DNA of 63,304 nt, filler included, from Octopus bimaculoides (taxonomy: Eukaryota), in the NCBI RefSeq assembly GCF_001194135.2. It is 8 parts of 8 records of this genome, joined end to end, with 100 filler letters (N's around TTAATTAATTAA, not from the genome) between each part and the next. Parts side by side here need not be neighbours in the genome. Positions count along the whole stretch, not along the records: positions 46,595 to 61,899 come from NC_068981.1; positions 62,000 to 63,304 come from NW_026354732.1; 6 more parts are not named here. One strand, given 5' to 3'. The notes beneath the pieces were generated by a model. The model had not been told where the DNA came from. It made no database searches and saw nothing but the letters and a program-made list of their open reading frames with translations. Positions 50,197 to 63,158 of this stretch are shown piece after piece; the stretch's first letter is position 1; each line of letters opens with the position of its first letter. The translations under genes were made by a program, and so were the position numbers.

Positions 50197-50769
50197 GCTC
50201 GAACGCAAATTACTTTCTTCGTCACTCTAGAATAGCTCATCCTTCACGATAGCAACATGTTCACAACATGCTCGATTCATTAGTGCATTGCGTTCTGGGA
50301 CACGCGAACCAAAGGGCGATCTGGGAATAGACAACTTGCCTTTTCATCCAAGTTTATCAATAATAATAAAGGCATATGAATAAGGCATATGAATAGCAAC
50401 AAGCTCGATCTGCCCAAGTCCATCTGGCTGACCTTATCTAGAACCACACTAGAAAAGGAACATCTATGTAGTCGTTCATTTTGCTAAAAATGGCAGTTAG
50501 ATTTCCTTCTAATCTTACAATACTTAGTACACACTAGACAATTTAGTCCTCGACATTACAAGTTTGAGTAATTATCAAGAGGGGAACCATTTTGATTTTA
50601 TGTCTAGTCTATTTGAGTTAAACAACAACAGAAAGAAATAGGATAAGTGAAATATCTCAGATACGCCAATGGCGTATCTGAACATACAAAACTTATGTAA
50701 GCAGGATCTTCCTTAGTTTGGTTCACGAAAGTTAATAGATACACTTTGAGGGTGTCTTTTAGTTGTACA

Positions 50770-51150
50770 TCTAGTATAAAGAAAATATTAGTAAGTAGGC
50801 TCAAACGTGAATCAGAAGCAGGCTGCTCATCCACAAGTAACACCACATGTCCACACAACGGCTGTGACAATACATAAGTAGTAGTGCATGAGGCTGAGGT
50901 ATCCTCGAAGATTCCCCAATGGAGCGACGGATGTGAGCGGGACAAAAGGTTCCATCAGAACCAGATTCAACAACCACTAGTACTCGTTCAATATCCAAGA
51001 AATTTCACGTCTTGCAAGATATATATGGACATTGCAAGTAAAACGCTGTACATTACGAAATCAAGTGGATGATACTGGAAAAGCGTAAATCTTACTTTAA
51101 CACTAATAGGAAGTACAGGCTTCTTCTTGACTGAGAAAAGGATTATTACT
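50770..51150 (+). pseudogene. Decayed PLE GIY-YIG fragment
   Basis: CSSTSNTTCPHNGC..VVVHEA; SLARYIWTLQ; YEIKWMILEKRKSYFNTNRKY; LTEK. Confidence 0.65.
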
Positions 51151-51389
51151 AAAGAACTCTGTCCACCTGAGCACCTACCTAAAGTGTAAAAGGGAAATTT
51201 CCTTTTCTTAGCCCCATGAGCGCAAATTTGCTTTAACATACAAGCAGTTTTTACCATTAATATCAATTTTGGAGCAACCCCATATTTTTTTCTCTTTTGA
51301 ATTAATATAAGACTCCTACACACAGTTCTGAGACATACATATACGCACACACATATATACATGTTCATGATCACACCTGGTTTAAGCCG

Positions 51390-52825
51390 ATCACATAAGT
51401 CTCAAGTTTCAACTGGTACTTATTCTATCCACCCCGAAAGGATTAAAGGCGAAGTCTACCATGGTGGGATAGAAAATTGGAATGAATTGCTAAGTATTTT
51501 GTCCGATATGCTAACGCTTCTGCCAGCTTGTTACCTTCTTAATAATTCTTTCTACTAGAAGCACAAGGCCTGAAATTCGGGATGGAGGAGGGGACTTGTT
51601 GATTACATCGACATCAGCGTTCAACTGAAACCTATTTTAATCCCGAAAGGGTAAAAGACAAAAAAAAATCGACGTAGATCTTGAACTAAGAACGTAAAGA
51701 GCCGGAAGAAATGTCACTAAGCATTTTGTTCAGCGCCGAAACGATTCCGCCAGCTCGCCGCCCTTGTCTTTCTTAGTAACAATAACAATAATAATTATTA
51801 TTTTAAATTTTAGCACAAAAGCCATTAATTTTAGAGGGGAGGGTTTCCCCAGTACACGCTGCACAGCTACTGTCAAACAAGACGCTCTCGCTCCAAGAAA
51901 CAATATAAGGATATAGACCATTACATTGACCCCCAGTACTTGAAAAGTATTTATTCTATCGATTCGGAACGATAAAAGGCAAAGTCGACCTCGCTGACAT
52001 TGGAACTCAAAACGTAAAGTCGGAAGAAAATGTTGTTAAGCATTTTGTCCGAGGCGCTAACGATTTTGCCAGCTTGCCCCCATTTTAATAATAATCCATT
52101 CTGCTATAGGCACAAGGCCTGAAACTTTGCAGGAGGGATAGTCGATTACGTTGACCCCCAGTACTCATCTAGTATTTGATTTATCGATCCAGAAAAGATG
52201 AAAAGCAAAGTTTACCATGGCGATATTTGAACTCGGAATGTATAAAGTCGGAAGAAATGCCACTGTGCATTTCATGCAGCATACATCAGCGTTCAACTGA
52301 AACCTATTTTAATCTCGAAAGGGTAGAAGACAAAAAAAATCGATCCTACCATTTCACCGCCTTAATAATAATAATCCTTTCTACAGTAGACACAAAGCCT
52401 GGAAGTTGAGGAAGGGGTGCAGACAATTAGATTAGTGCGCAACTGGTACTTAATTTATTAACCCGAAAGGATGAAAAGCAAAGTCGACCTCGGCTAGATT
52501 TGAACACAGAACGTAAAGACGGAAGAAATACCGCTAAGCATTTTACCCGGGGTGATAACGATTCTGTCACCTCGCCACCTTTTTAATAATAATAATAATC
52601 CTTTCTGCTGTTGGCACAAAGCCTGAAATTTGGCGGGAGGGGACTAGCCGATTACATCGATTTCAGTGTTTCACTGGTACTTAATTTATCGATCCCGAAA
52701 GGATGAAAGGCAAAGTCGACCTCAGCGGAATTTGAGCCCAGAACGTAAAGACGGACGAAATGCCGCTAAGTATTTTGCCGGGCGTGCTAACGGTTATACC
52801 AGCTCGCAGCCTTACATAAATAATG

Positions 52826-52830
<5 letters not shown>
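51390..52830 (-). mobile_element. Head-to-tail array of ~6-7 SINE family A copies
   Basis: Repeated units, each bounded by (AAT)n-ccttt tails, e.g. at 51540, 52090, 52365 and 52585. Confidence 0.9.
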
Positions 52831-52858
<28 letters not shown>

Positions 52859-53678
52859 CAATGGCTAGAGTACCTCCACCAGGATGTAATTGTTTTAATA
52901 TCAACATACGCTCCCAGATCAAATCAGTTACCAAACAAATACACGTTATGAATATACATTTAGAGATATACATAAACATAAAACATATGAAAAGTGTAAG
53001 CATGTGTGTTATTTCTCATCGCAAGCCCATGGTTATATTATATTCTCGCTCCGCCTTTTGTTTACCATACGAGAAACATCTGCTTCTATAAATATGATTC
53101 GTATAAATCACTTCCATTTAAACCGACACACATAGGGCTTCTTTCTAACACGTATTCAGCATCTTATTTCCTCGAATCCGCAAGCATTATGCAGTCCAAT
53201 CATATTACTTTTGAATTAAATACATCCTTCTGGAAATTTTAATTTTCTTTTCGCTGCATTTATAGAGACAAGAAATAGCTAAGTTGCCAACAGAAGAATT
53301 TAAATGAGATTATATAGGAATGAAATTTAATAATATAAGATATTTTGTCTGAATGCTGGTAGATATTAACGAACCTAGAATGCACCAAATTGATTCTTGA
53401 AGAGGGTTTCCCCAGTACACGCTGCACAGCTACAGTCAAACGAGCTCTCGCTCCAAGAAACGATATAAGGATATAGACCATTGCTAAGATAGACCATAGC
53501 TAAGTATTTGTATGTGGAAGATCTTGGTGGAAATTTGAATTCTATCATAGAGAAACGAAAGTAAGTAATGCAAGGTATTTCTGCCCACTACTTCACTTAC
53601 ATTTTAACAAGTATTAACTGAAAACTGTAAATTTATACTGGTGCAGAAACTTTTTTTAATTGTATTATTAATCTAAAT

Positions 53679-53878
53679 AAGGCGACGAGCTGGCAGAATC
53701 GTTAGCACGCCGAGCAAAGTGCTTTACGTTCTGAGTTCAAATTCCGCCGAGGTCGGCTTTGCCTTTCCTCCTTTTCGGGTCGGTAAAGTAAGTACCAGTT
53801 AAGTACTGGGATCGATGTAATCGACTATTCCCCTTCCTCCAAATTTCAGGTCTTGTGCTTATTGTAGAAAGGATTATC
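53679..53878 (+). mobile_element. SINE family A, full length
   Basis: aaggcgacgagctggcagaatcgttagcacg...GAGTTCAAATTCC...gtagaaaggattatc. Confidence 0.9.
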
Positions 53879-54690
53879 AATCTAAGCGTAATCAAATCTT
53901 TTCAACCGAGAGCCAAATCTCAGGTTTGTACACTACACATTTCTAACTTACGCCTTAGCATTCATCGTTTAGCCAAGGTAATGATAATGTACATAAAAAC
54001 AAAACAACAGCTTTGATCGAAACTGTTATGAGACTGAGACTCTCATGACACACTCAACTGTTTCGGTAACGTAAAAATTGTCAGTTATTTATTATTAGGA
54101 ATTAAAATCGTGTAGTAACGCGAGCTATTGCTGAAAGTTAGACAAATTTCTGACACAGTAGTCTGTCCTTCCCAACCAGCATGAGTCGAGCCAACAAAAG
54201 GAATTATGTAATGTGGTCACTCAAACTAACAGCAAAATCTATATCAAATCACACTCTGCCGTCTTGTCTTTAAAAAGAGAACATTGGATAATATCCTATG
54301 TAACTCTATATCTGAATAAAGACTGGGTGTTCACAGCTTGAAAAACCTTTGATCTTTAAGAGGAACAATAGGGTGTGTAAGGTATATACAAGATAGGGAA
54401 TTTTTACTAAATGTTCAAATATTGATAGTCTACCTGAACAACTAAATAATTAAAAGCCACAGTTGTATGTATAAATGGGAGATAATTAACTATAAACTAT
54501 ATATCATATTATACATTGAGGGAAATCAGAACATTCAGTGAAGGAAAACTCGTGCTATCAAGTTTCACAGTATCATGAGAAGATACTTCGTGGTCAATTA
54601 AGGAGGTATTTTAACTTTATATTTCTCAGGTACTTTACAGAAAAATCAATAAATCAACATAACGAAAAAAAGATAAGTTTGATTCTTTTA

Positions 54691-55135
54691 CTCATTTACT
54701 CTTTTACTTGTTTCAGTCATTTGAATGCGGCCAAGCTGGAGCACCGCTTTAGTCGAGCAAATCGACCCCAGGACTTATTCTTTGTAAGCCTAGTACTTAT
54801 TTTATCGGTCTCTTTTACCGAACCGCTAAGTTACGGGGACGTAAACACACTAGCATCGGTTGTCAAGCGACGTTGGGGTGACAAACACTGACACACAAAC
54901 ACACACACACATTTATATATACATATACATATATACGACGGGTTTCTTTCAGTTTCTGTCCACCAAATCCACTCACAAGGCTTTTGTCGGCCCGAGGCTA
55001 TAGTAGAAGACACTTGCTNNNNNNNNNNCGAGGCTATAGTAGAAGACACTTGCTCAAGGTGCCATACAGTGGGACTGAACCCGGAACCATGTGGTTGGTA
55101 AGCAAGCTACTTACCATATAGCCACCCTTGCACCT
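54691..55135 (-). mobile_element. SINE family C, full length
   Basis: Minus head gtggctatatggtaagtagcttgcttaccaaccacatggttccGGGTTCAGTCCcactg; CORE-like gcaccttgagcaagtgtcttc. Confidence 0.9.
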
Positions 55136-55754
55136 ATTTACAAATACTTTATAGTTAATACAGCTCCGTTCATTCAGGGTTTACCGAAGGTTAAAACAAT
55201 TCTTTCTATTTATCTCCTTTTTCTTTCCTTTTTTCCCTTTCCTTGTTTCAGTCATTAGACTACGACCATGCTGGTGCTCAAGCCTTGACGAATTTTTAAC
55301 CAATGAATGGACCCCAGTACTTTTTTTAAAAACTTGTAAATAAATTGCAATCAAACCACAGTTGAATGTAAAGAATATTTTACGTAAAGTAAAAAGAATG
55401 TCAAGATCAATTATAATTAAATAATATTATTATTATAATCGCTTTCTGAATCACTTTCACTCGCACTAGACTATCAATTGTAGATGCGATCGTCGATTCA
55501 CAAGCACTCATAGACAGACTTGTAGAGTTGTTTGCTTCGAAGGGGCTTTTTCTTTGCTTTGTTTTTTTTTTTGTTTGTTTGTTCTCTATAGAGTTCTCGG
55601 TAACACGCAGAAGCATTTGTTATCGTAGTAGAAACTTTTGTACTTCGTTCACAAAATGGCTGTTTAACCTTTATATCAATATATTTATTATAAAATAAAA
55701 CTCGTAAACCCTGAGTCTCGTAAAGCGGGTCCTAGTAAAGTGAGTTATTAGTGT

Positions 55755-55824
<70 letters not shown>

Positions 55825-55826
<2 letters not shown>

Positions 55827-55980
55827 GATGGGCTTCTTTCAGTTTCTATCTACCAGATCCACTCACTAGATTTTGGTCGGCCTGAGGCTATAGGAGAAGA
55901 CACTTGCCCAAGGTGCCGCGCAGTGGGAGTGAACCCAGAAGCATGGTTGGGAAGCAAACTTCTTGCCACACAGTCACATC
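55825..55980 (-). mobile_element. SINE family C, 5' half
   Basis: gacacttgcccaaggtgccgcgcagtgggagtgaacccagaagcatggttgggaagcaaacttcttgccacacag. Confidence 0.85.
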
Positions 55981-56537
55981 TCTCCTTGAACAGATCAACA
56001 AATTGTCGACGGAATTTCTTGTACCTATTTCACAATAATGTTTATGAATCATGTGTAAATATAACCCCTTGTGTCGGGTTCGTGATGTCAGTTTATAGTA
56101 ATACTATAAATGCCTTTAAACAGCGGGCATCACCGACTGATATTTCAAAAATTTAACATGGATATGGCCACGATCAAAAGAAAAGGAATATTTTACGGCT
56201 CTTTTCGATGTTGAGATTGTAAATTTTATTGTGCGCGAGACTAACAATTATTATAGTTTTTGTAATTATTTTAAACGAAAGTAAGTATAAAAATAACACT
56301 TGAAAAAAAAGAGGGTTTTTTGTGGGGTGGGGTTCCCCATCTGGCACACATATTCATGCAAACCTTTTCTGCCGTTTAAGGGCTAAAGAATTCTGCACTA
56401 CTACTTGAGGAGATAAGCAGTTCTGAAATGCCCACTCCAATTCATCAGTATAGTAACCGAAGTGAAGCTTTGTCTAACAAATGGAGAAAAGCATTGATTT
56501 CGTGAAGAAACAGACATCTCTCTCTCTCTCACACACG

Positions 56538-56612
<75 letters not shown>

Positions 56613-58093
56613 TATTTTTCCTTCCTCTTTATCTTAAACTCTCTTCTGTTTATCTTTCCCTATATAAACAACACTTTCATATTTCTGAATCAGAATATTA
56701 ATCAAATCACACAGACATCGTGTTTATTGTCGAAAAAATGGTCTAAAATTGTTTCGCATCGGTTCCCCATTAACAATAATGGAAGCAACATGACTGAATG
56801 ATTTAGCTGACTGATTTAGAAGTTTATTTTTCAATTACGAGCCTTGTGAGTAAAATTACGAGATCCTAGGTTCAATACCACTGCGTGACATCTTTTAAAG
56901 TTGCCTCTGGTCGATCAAAGCCTTGTGAGTTAAATTAGGTAGACGAAAATTGTGTAGAAGCCCTTCAGATGGACTATGCTTGTACTTCAAAGGTACAATT
57001 TGGTGAGATACTGAGTCGTGTTGATTTTGCTTGAGAATTTCGTTAAAGGAGCACGCGTCTAAGGAGTGTTCCATCGGTTTTTGTTAATTCAATAAGCAAA
57101 TAATTCAGTTAATCGAACGACTGAATCCTCATTGTCGAAACCGACGGAGATCCATCTACTTCCCTTTATAAGGCTTAGATAAAACTGATACTATGTTCAA
57201 CTGCAAATTCTTTCGATACTCATGTTTTACTTTCTGTCTCCTGAGTGTTTTACTTAGTTTTATATTTCATACCCATTTGTCATCGATTATTTATTATGTC
57301 GTTAGTTTCCACAAACTTTGTACATAAAAGGACATTTGATTTGGAGGCTCCTATCAAGCATATTTAAATAGTCCATTCTGAACATTGTTTTGTAATTTTT
57401 GTTGTTTAGCTTAATCCAATCTCCAATAAGCAAACCTATGATTAAAAGGATTTCAACCGTAACCTAACTAACTTTCGTAAATATCTTGAAGTACATTATC
57501 TAATGTACCCTTTCTGATCTTAAGATGGTACGATATAATTTGAGAGAGATTAATTTACTATTTCTAGTAGATCAAGCGGTCACGTAGAGGCCCACTTATA
57601 GGTTTGTGCTATGTTCAGTATAGGTGACTACCTGACTGTTTTCGATTCCGTGATTCCCAGGGACACATATGTTTATATCAAACAGTGAATGTGTAAATTT
57701 ATATTAAAGGAAAATTATTTGCATTAAAATTCAAAGACGTTTTAAAAAATAAAACCCCGTGTTACTTCAGTCAATTGAAACCATTGTTCTACTCATTGAA
57801 TTTGCAAGTGTAGGGTGTTCGTGTTAACGCAAAAATGTTTAAATCACTGCTAAAGTCATTTGATTCTGATCTCTAGTAAGCACATTTACAAAGATGAATT
57901 AATCTTTTATCAAAAGAACAGATAATGAACACATTTTAGAGATTTCGGCTCTCACCCTTATTTTTTTGTTTCGTAATCCACAGGGTTTTGCATCAGATAT
58001 TTTTAGATACAATCTCTTTTTAAACTAACAATCGAACTGTCGTTAGAAATGTCTCTACACTCTCGAAGAAGCTTGGGTGTCCAACCACCGAAG

Positions 58094-58127
<34 letters not shown>

Positions 58128-58711
58128 TCGTGACAGTTAAAAACAGTTCAACTAAAGACCTACAGCTGAGCTTCCTTCACTCTTTCTGCCTTTTCAGAGA
58201 AACATATGTCATGTTCAAACAATTTTTTTCTTTTTGTACTCTTTATCACTTAAACTCTCACCGGTCCCACTTCCTGCAAACAATTATACAACACATTACT
58301 TCCCTAGAATCCGTAGTAATCAGTTTATCTAATCGCTCTTCCTAAATATTCACTACATCCTTCTAGGTGCATGACACTCCTGATTCAAGAATAACAGTAA
58401 TATAAAGGCGTTCATTAAGGATATGGTGTTGAATCTCATCTAGTTCTACCGTTATATATTTCTTACATAGTATCCTATTTGTGTCTATATATATATATAT
58501 ATATATATTTACGATACTGATATGTTTTGTGGTCAGTACTGATTCAATCTATTATTAATTAATTGACTAATAACGTCGGGATACTTTGAAATAAAGCAAA
58601 ATATTGCTTGTGAGATACAATCGATTGAACGGACTCCGGTAAAAGCAGATAAATAACTTATCAACCCAGAGGGATAAAAAGCAAATTAGACTAATTTTGT
58701 ATTTTAATTCT

Positions 58712-58921
58712 TTTTACTATAGGCACAAGGCCTAAAATTTGGGGAGAGGGAATAGTCGATTACATCGATTCCAGTGTTTCACTGGTACTTAATTTATCGA
58801 CCTCCGAAAGGATGAAAGGCAAAGTCAACCTCGGCGGAATTTGAACTCAGAACGTAGTGACAGGTGAAATACCGCTAAGCATTACGTCCAGCGCGCTAAC
58901 GATTCTGCCTGCTCGCCACCT
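58712..58921 (-). mobile_element. SINE family A, full length
   Basis: gaaaggatgaaaggcaaagtcaacctcggcggaatttgaactcagaacg...ctaacgattctgcctgctcgccacc. Confidence 0.9.
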
Positions 58922-60201
58922 TTTTGTATTTATTTTAATCATTGAGGGACTAAAGTAATCATTGTAAGGAAATTAGGAATTTGCCCAACTATTTTTACAA
59001 CGCCTTCGTTTTTTATTAATTGTTTATAATAAAATGAATACAATATTATGAAATAGCTGGTCGTGCACTGGACGATTATTGTATTATATCCGTTACTAGG
59101 ATATTCAATTCTGAAATGACCCAGTTATTTTAATAAATATAACATCCACTTGCAAGCTGAGCAGTCATTGCAATAAATATCATAATCTAAGATCAATTTG
59201 CTGAGGTGAGCACAGCACTCATTGCATATAATATGACAATATAGGAGCCATTAACCGAATTAAGCAATTATTGCAATAAATATCGCAATGTAGAATCCAC
59301 TTGAGCTGAGAAGCAAAAATACTGGGATATAGATAATAGGACCGTTAGCTTGATCTGTTAAATGTAAAACTCACTGTGGGTCTAGATCAACCACTCCAGC
59401 GCTTAGAGAAGACATTTCAGTACTACCTTATTATGAGAATCCCCTTCAGTATTCAACCTTATTATGATGAGAAGCCACTCCAGTACTCAGCTTAATCATG
59501 CTGGTAACCCATCTGAGTACTCATCCTTGTAGTACAGAGTAGTCGTTTCAGTAACCATCCCGGGCCAGATGATCTTACTGGTGTTGGTAGAGGTGGAGAG
59601 TTTGCCTTGAGTTTTATGCTGTGTGATTAAAAATAAGCGAAAATACAATAGGGTAAATTAGCTCATGCCTGAATCAACAAAAGTAGCAAAAACAGTGACT
59701 AATTTTGACCATGGGGCCGATAAAATACAATACAAGATAAGTACTTCGGTTGATCTAATCTGTTATACCCAACCCCAAAATTTGAGACCTTGAAATATAG
59801 TCAGAAAACAATTGTACGTTGATCTTACTGTCTGCAGTGACGAATTTAAATTTTCATAAAGTCTGTTATTTTGAGCTACGGCTCAGAAAGGAGTCGAACC
59901 ATTGACCGCTAATTAGTTGACTGTTACTGATATTTACTTCAATTGCTGTTATACCTAAGTTTACAGTTTAAATACCACTGAGGTCAGTTTTGCCTTTCAT
60001 CCTTTCAAGGTTCATAAACTATATTTGACCTCAGCATGGTGCAGTTCTCCCTTCCTCCAGATGTTACATCCTGGAGGTTCAGCTGTCTCAGACGTGAGAG
60101 GTTCGAGATTATGTCTGTGTCTAATCGTGACTGCATTGGCTCTTTAAAAATATCAAAAGCTTGATGCATGCTGATACACCACCATACAAAACTTCTTTAC
60201 T

Positions 60202-60233
<32 letters not shown>

Positions 60234-60889
60234 NNNNNNNNNNNNNNNNNNNNNNNNNNNNNNNNNNNNNNNNNNNNNNNNNNNNNNNNNNNNNNNNNNN
60301 NNNNNNNNNNNNNNNNNNNNNNNNNNNNNNNNNNNNNNNNNNNNNNNNNNNNNNNNNNNNNNNNNNNNNNNNNNNNNNNNNNNNNNNNNNNNNNNNNNNN
60401 NNNNNNNNNNNNNNNNNNNNNNNNNNNNNNNNNNNNNNNNNNNNNNNNNNNNNNNNNNNNNNNNNNNNNNNNNNNNNNNNNNNNNNNNNNNNNNNNNNNN
60501 NNNNNNNNNNNNNNNNNNNNNNNNNNNNNNNNNNNNNNNNNNNNNNNNNNNNNNNNNNNNNNNNNNNNNNNNNNNNNNNNNNNNNNNNNNNNNNNNNNNN
60601 NNNNNNNNNNNNNNNNNNNNNNNNNNNNNNNNNNNNNNNNNNNNNNNNNNNNNNNNNNNNNNNNNNNNNNNNNNNNNNNNNNNNNNNNNNNNNNNNNNNN
60701 NNNNNNNNNNNNNNNNNNNNNNNNNNNNNNNNNNNNNNNNNNNNNNNNNNNNNNNNNNNNNNNNTATATATATGAATATATACGTAAATATGTATATATA
60801 TATGTATATATATGTATATGTGTATATATGTATATATATGTATATGTGTATATATGTATATATATATATATGTATATGTATATATATGT

Positions 60890-60935
<46 letters not shown>

Positions 60936-61519
60936 GTATGTATGCATATATACATATGTATATATATATATATATGTATATGTATTTATATATATATTCA
61001 TATGTATATGTATATATATGTGTAATTCAAGAATAGGATAAAATCTTTATAAGAATTTATCAAGTAGTTAGCGTGAAAATACCTCATAAAGGAAAAATCC
61101 ATCATTTATTCCCTATAAATATATTTATTTATATAATGCCCTTATATAAATAAATATATGTATATGACCTCTTTCTAGCATATTCGATATCCACTTAGTG
61201 GTCATCCCTTCTTATACCCATGTAATACAATTTTTCTGAATTATCAGATTATTATATGCTAGACCACTGGTTTTAAAATTGAAATTAATATTCAATTTTT
61301 TCAGCCTCAGTATATAAATATATATTTGAATAATTATGTTCTCTAGCCGGCAACATATACTTCTGTGAATTATCCTCTGCAGAACTGTTTCCGGAATTTA
61401 GCGCGCCAGAGCTGAGACATTTGAAAATAACCCCAATGTAATCGGTAGAACTGTACGCACGTCAAATTTTATAAAGACAATTCGTGTATAGTTCTGCAAA
61501 TTATATTGATTTTAGAACG

Positions 61520-61586
61520 ATTATGCTGATGAACCACGGACGTTTTTACATAAGTAAAAAAGTTGATGGCGAAACCGGTACACAAT
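61520..61586 (+). ncRNA. Type I HHR-like motif with intact core and long stem II
   Basis: attatg CTGATGA a-cca...tttttac-ataa-gtaaaaa...tgg-c GAA A-ccgg-T A cacaat; palindromic ACCGGT stem III. Confidence 0.65.
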
Positions 61587-61757
61587 TTTTATTTTGTATA
61601 TTTTTCATTTTGTCTTGCCTGCCTATGCTCTGGTGTTTGCTGAATTTTTTTTTCTGCAGAACATTATTTTTCTTGGTGGTTGGGTCGTTGATGACCTCTT
61701 TCTAGCATATTGGATGCCCACTGAGTGGTGATCCCTTCTTATACGCATATATATACA

Positions 61758-61795
<38 letters not shown>

Positions 61796-61866
61796 CATAT
61801 GCATATGTATACATATATATACATATATATACACATATGCACATATATACACACACACACATACAT

Positions 61867-61899
<33 letters not shown>

Positions 61900-62106
61900 N
61901 NNNNNNNNNNNNNNNNNNNNNNNNNNNNNNNNNNNNNNNNNNNTTAATTAATTAANNNNNNNNNNNNNNNNNNNNNNNNNNNNNNNNNNNNNNNNNNNNA
62001 TGAGTATGGAATATAACATAGGTCGTGTATTAAGCGTGTGTATGTATAAAGAAAGAAAAGGATAAAGAGACTAATGGCAAAGTTAGAATTACATTTTATG
62101 GATAAA

Positions 62107-62155
62107 GTCTTACAGCTGTTTCAGGGAAAATCCAATGTATCCCTTCATCAGAGGC
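62107..62155 (-). ncRNA. Type I HHR-like motif with intact core
   Basis: Minus strand: gcct CTGATGA aggga-tacattggattt-tccct GAA A-cagctg-T A agac; palindromic ACAGCTGT stem III. Confidence 0.7.
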
Positions 62156-62792
62156 GGTAATAGTAGAAGAATGGATTATTACATCTATAAGAGGAGAATT
62201 GTAGTAAGAAGTGAGAGAGATGCGCAGAAAAAAGAACAAAGAAGAAACAGTACTTTATTGGCTTTTACTATCCTACCACCTAATAGTTAACCTAGAATTA
62301 TTTGTTTTTGTTTTTTATTTATATACATTTTTTTAATATATATTTCCGCCCAATTTGTTGTTTATGTTGTCGGTTATCCATTAACCAACCATTACAATGT
62401 CATGGCCTTTCAGAACAATAGATGACCAGTTAGATTACGGGACTGACCATAACCCCTCCCCACTTCCCGCAGGATTTCAGCTATGCGATAAACAAAAAGT
62501 AACGGAAAAAATAAAGTATCTTGATTAATACCCGGAAATTTATTACTTTTAGTATCAACTAATATCACAGGTATTAATATAAAATCTAACCCACTTATTG
62601 TGGACAGTTACCTCAAGCCCTCAATAGAAAACATATCGCATGTTTATATGTATATATATTTGTGTATAATTATTATAATTATATAAAAAGAAAAACACGA
62701 ACTACTACAGTAATACTCCCTTCTCATCACGTGAAATATGTATGTATCTATGGGTATGTTTGTACGTAAATATATATATGTGTGTGTGTGTA

Positions 62793-62835
<43 letters not shown>

Positions 62836-62861
62836 NNNNNNNNNNTATCTATCTATCTATC

Positions 62862-62900
<39 letters not shown>

Positions 62901-63100
62901 GTATTCCTCATTTATATACCTTTTAATTCCTACATAACTACAATAATCTTAAGATATATTGATTATTTGAATTCCACTATAATTTCTCTTTTGATAATTT
63001 TTTCTTTCCTCTGTTTATACTTTATCTAATAAGAATATAATACACCTAATAATAATAATAATTAAGTACCTTAACCTCATCTACAAAATACTTCAGTTCA

Positions 63101-63158
63101 CTGAAGGGATGGAAGTAAGGTGGGATACTATGGCCTCTGGGCTGAAACAGCTGTAAGA
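63101..63158 (+). ncRNA. Degenerate relative of the 62.1-kb HHR motif, opposite orientation
   Basis: Shares ctgaaacagctgtaaga and agggat, but the core reads ctgaaggg (TGA lost). Confidence 0.35.

Noticed and set aside
50658-50680. Perfect short palindrome cagatacgcca-a-tggcgtatctg
   Set aside because: Real but isolated; no terminator or ribozyme context, so no function can be argued.
51390-52830. Regular repeat-spacer appearance suggesting a CRISPR array
   Set aside because: Units are ~200-bp SINEs with microsatellite tails in a eukaryotic context; no cas genes.
54990-55050. Direct repeat cgaggctatagtagaagacacttgct around a 10-N gap
   Set aside because: Assembly overlap artefact inside a SINE.
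55455-55690. ATG-less plus frame with LSIVDAIVDSQALIDRLVELFASKG, superficially armadillo-like
   Set aside because: Preceded by a stop with no acceptor AG and runs through a poly-T tract; likely chance.
59872-59889. tgagc-TACG-gctca-GAAA (UNCG hairpin resembling HHR stem II)
   Set aside because: The upstream CUGANGA core and stems I and III are absent.
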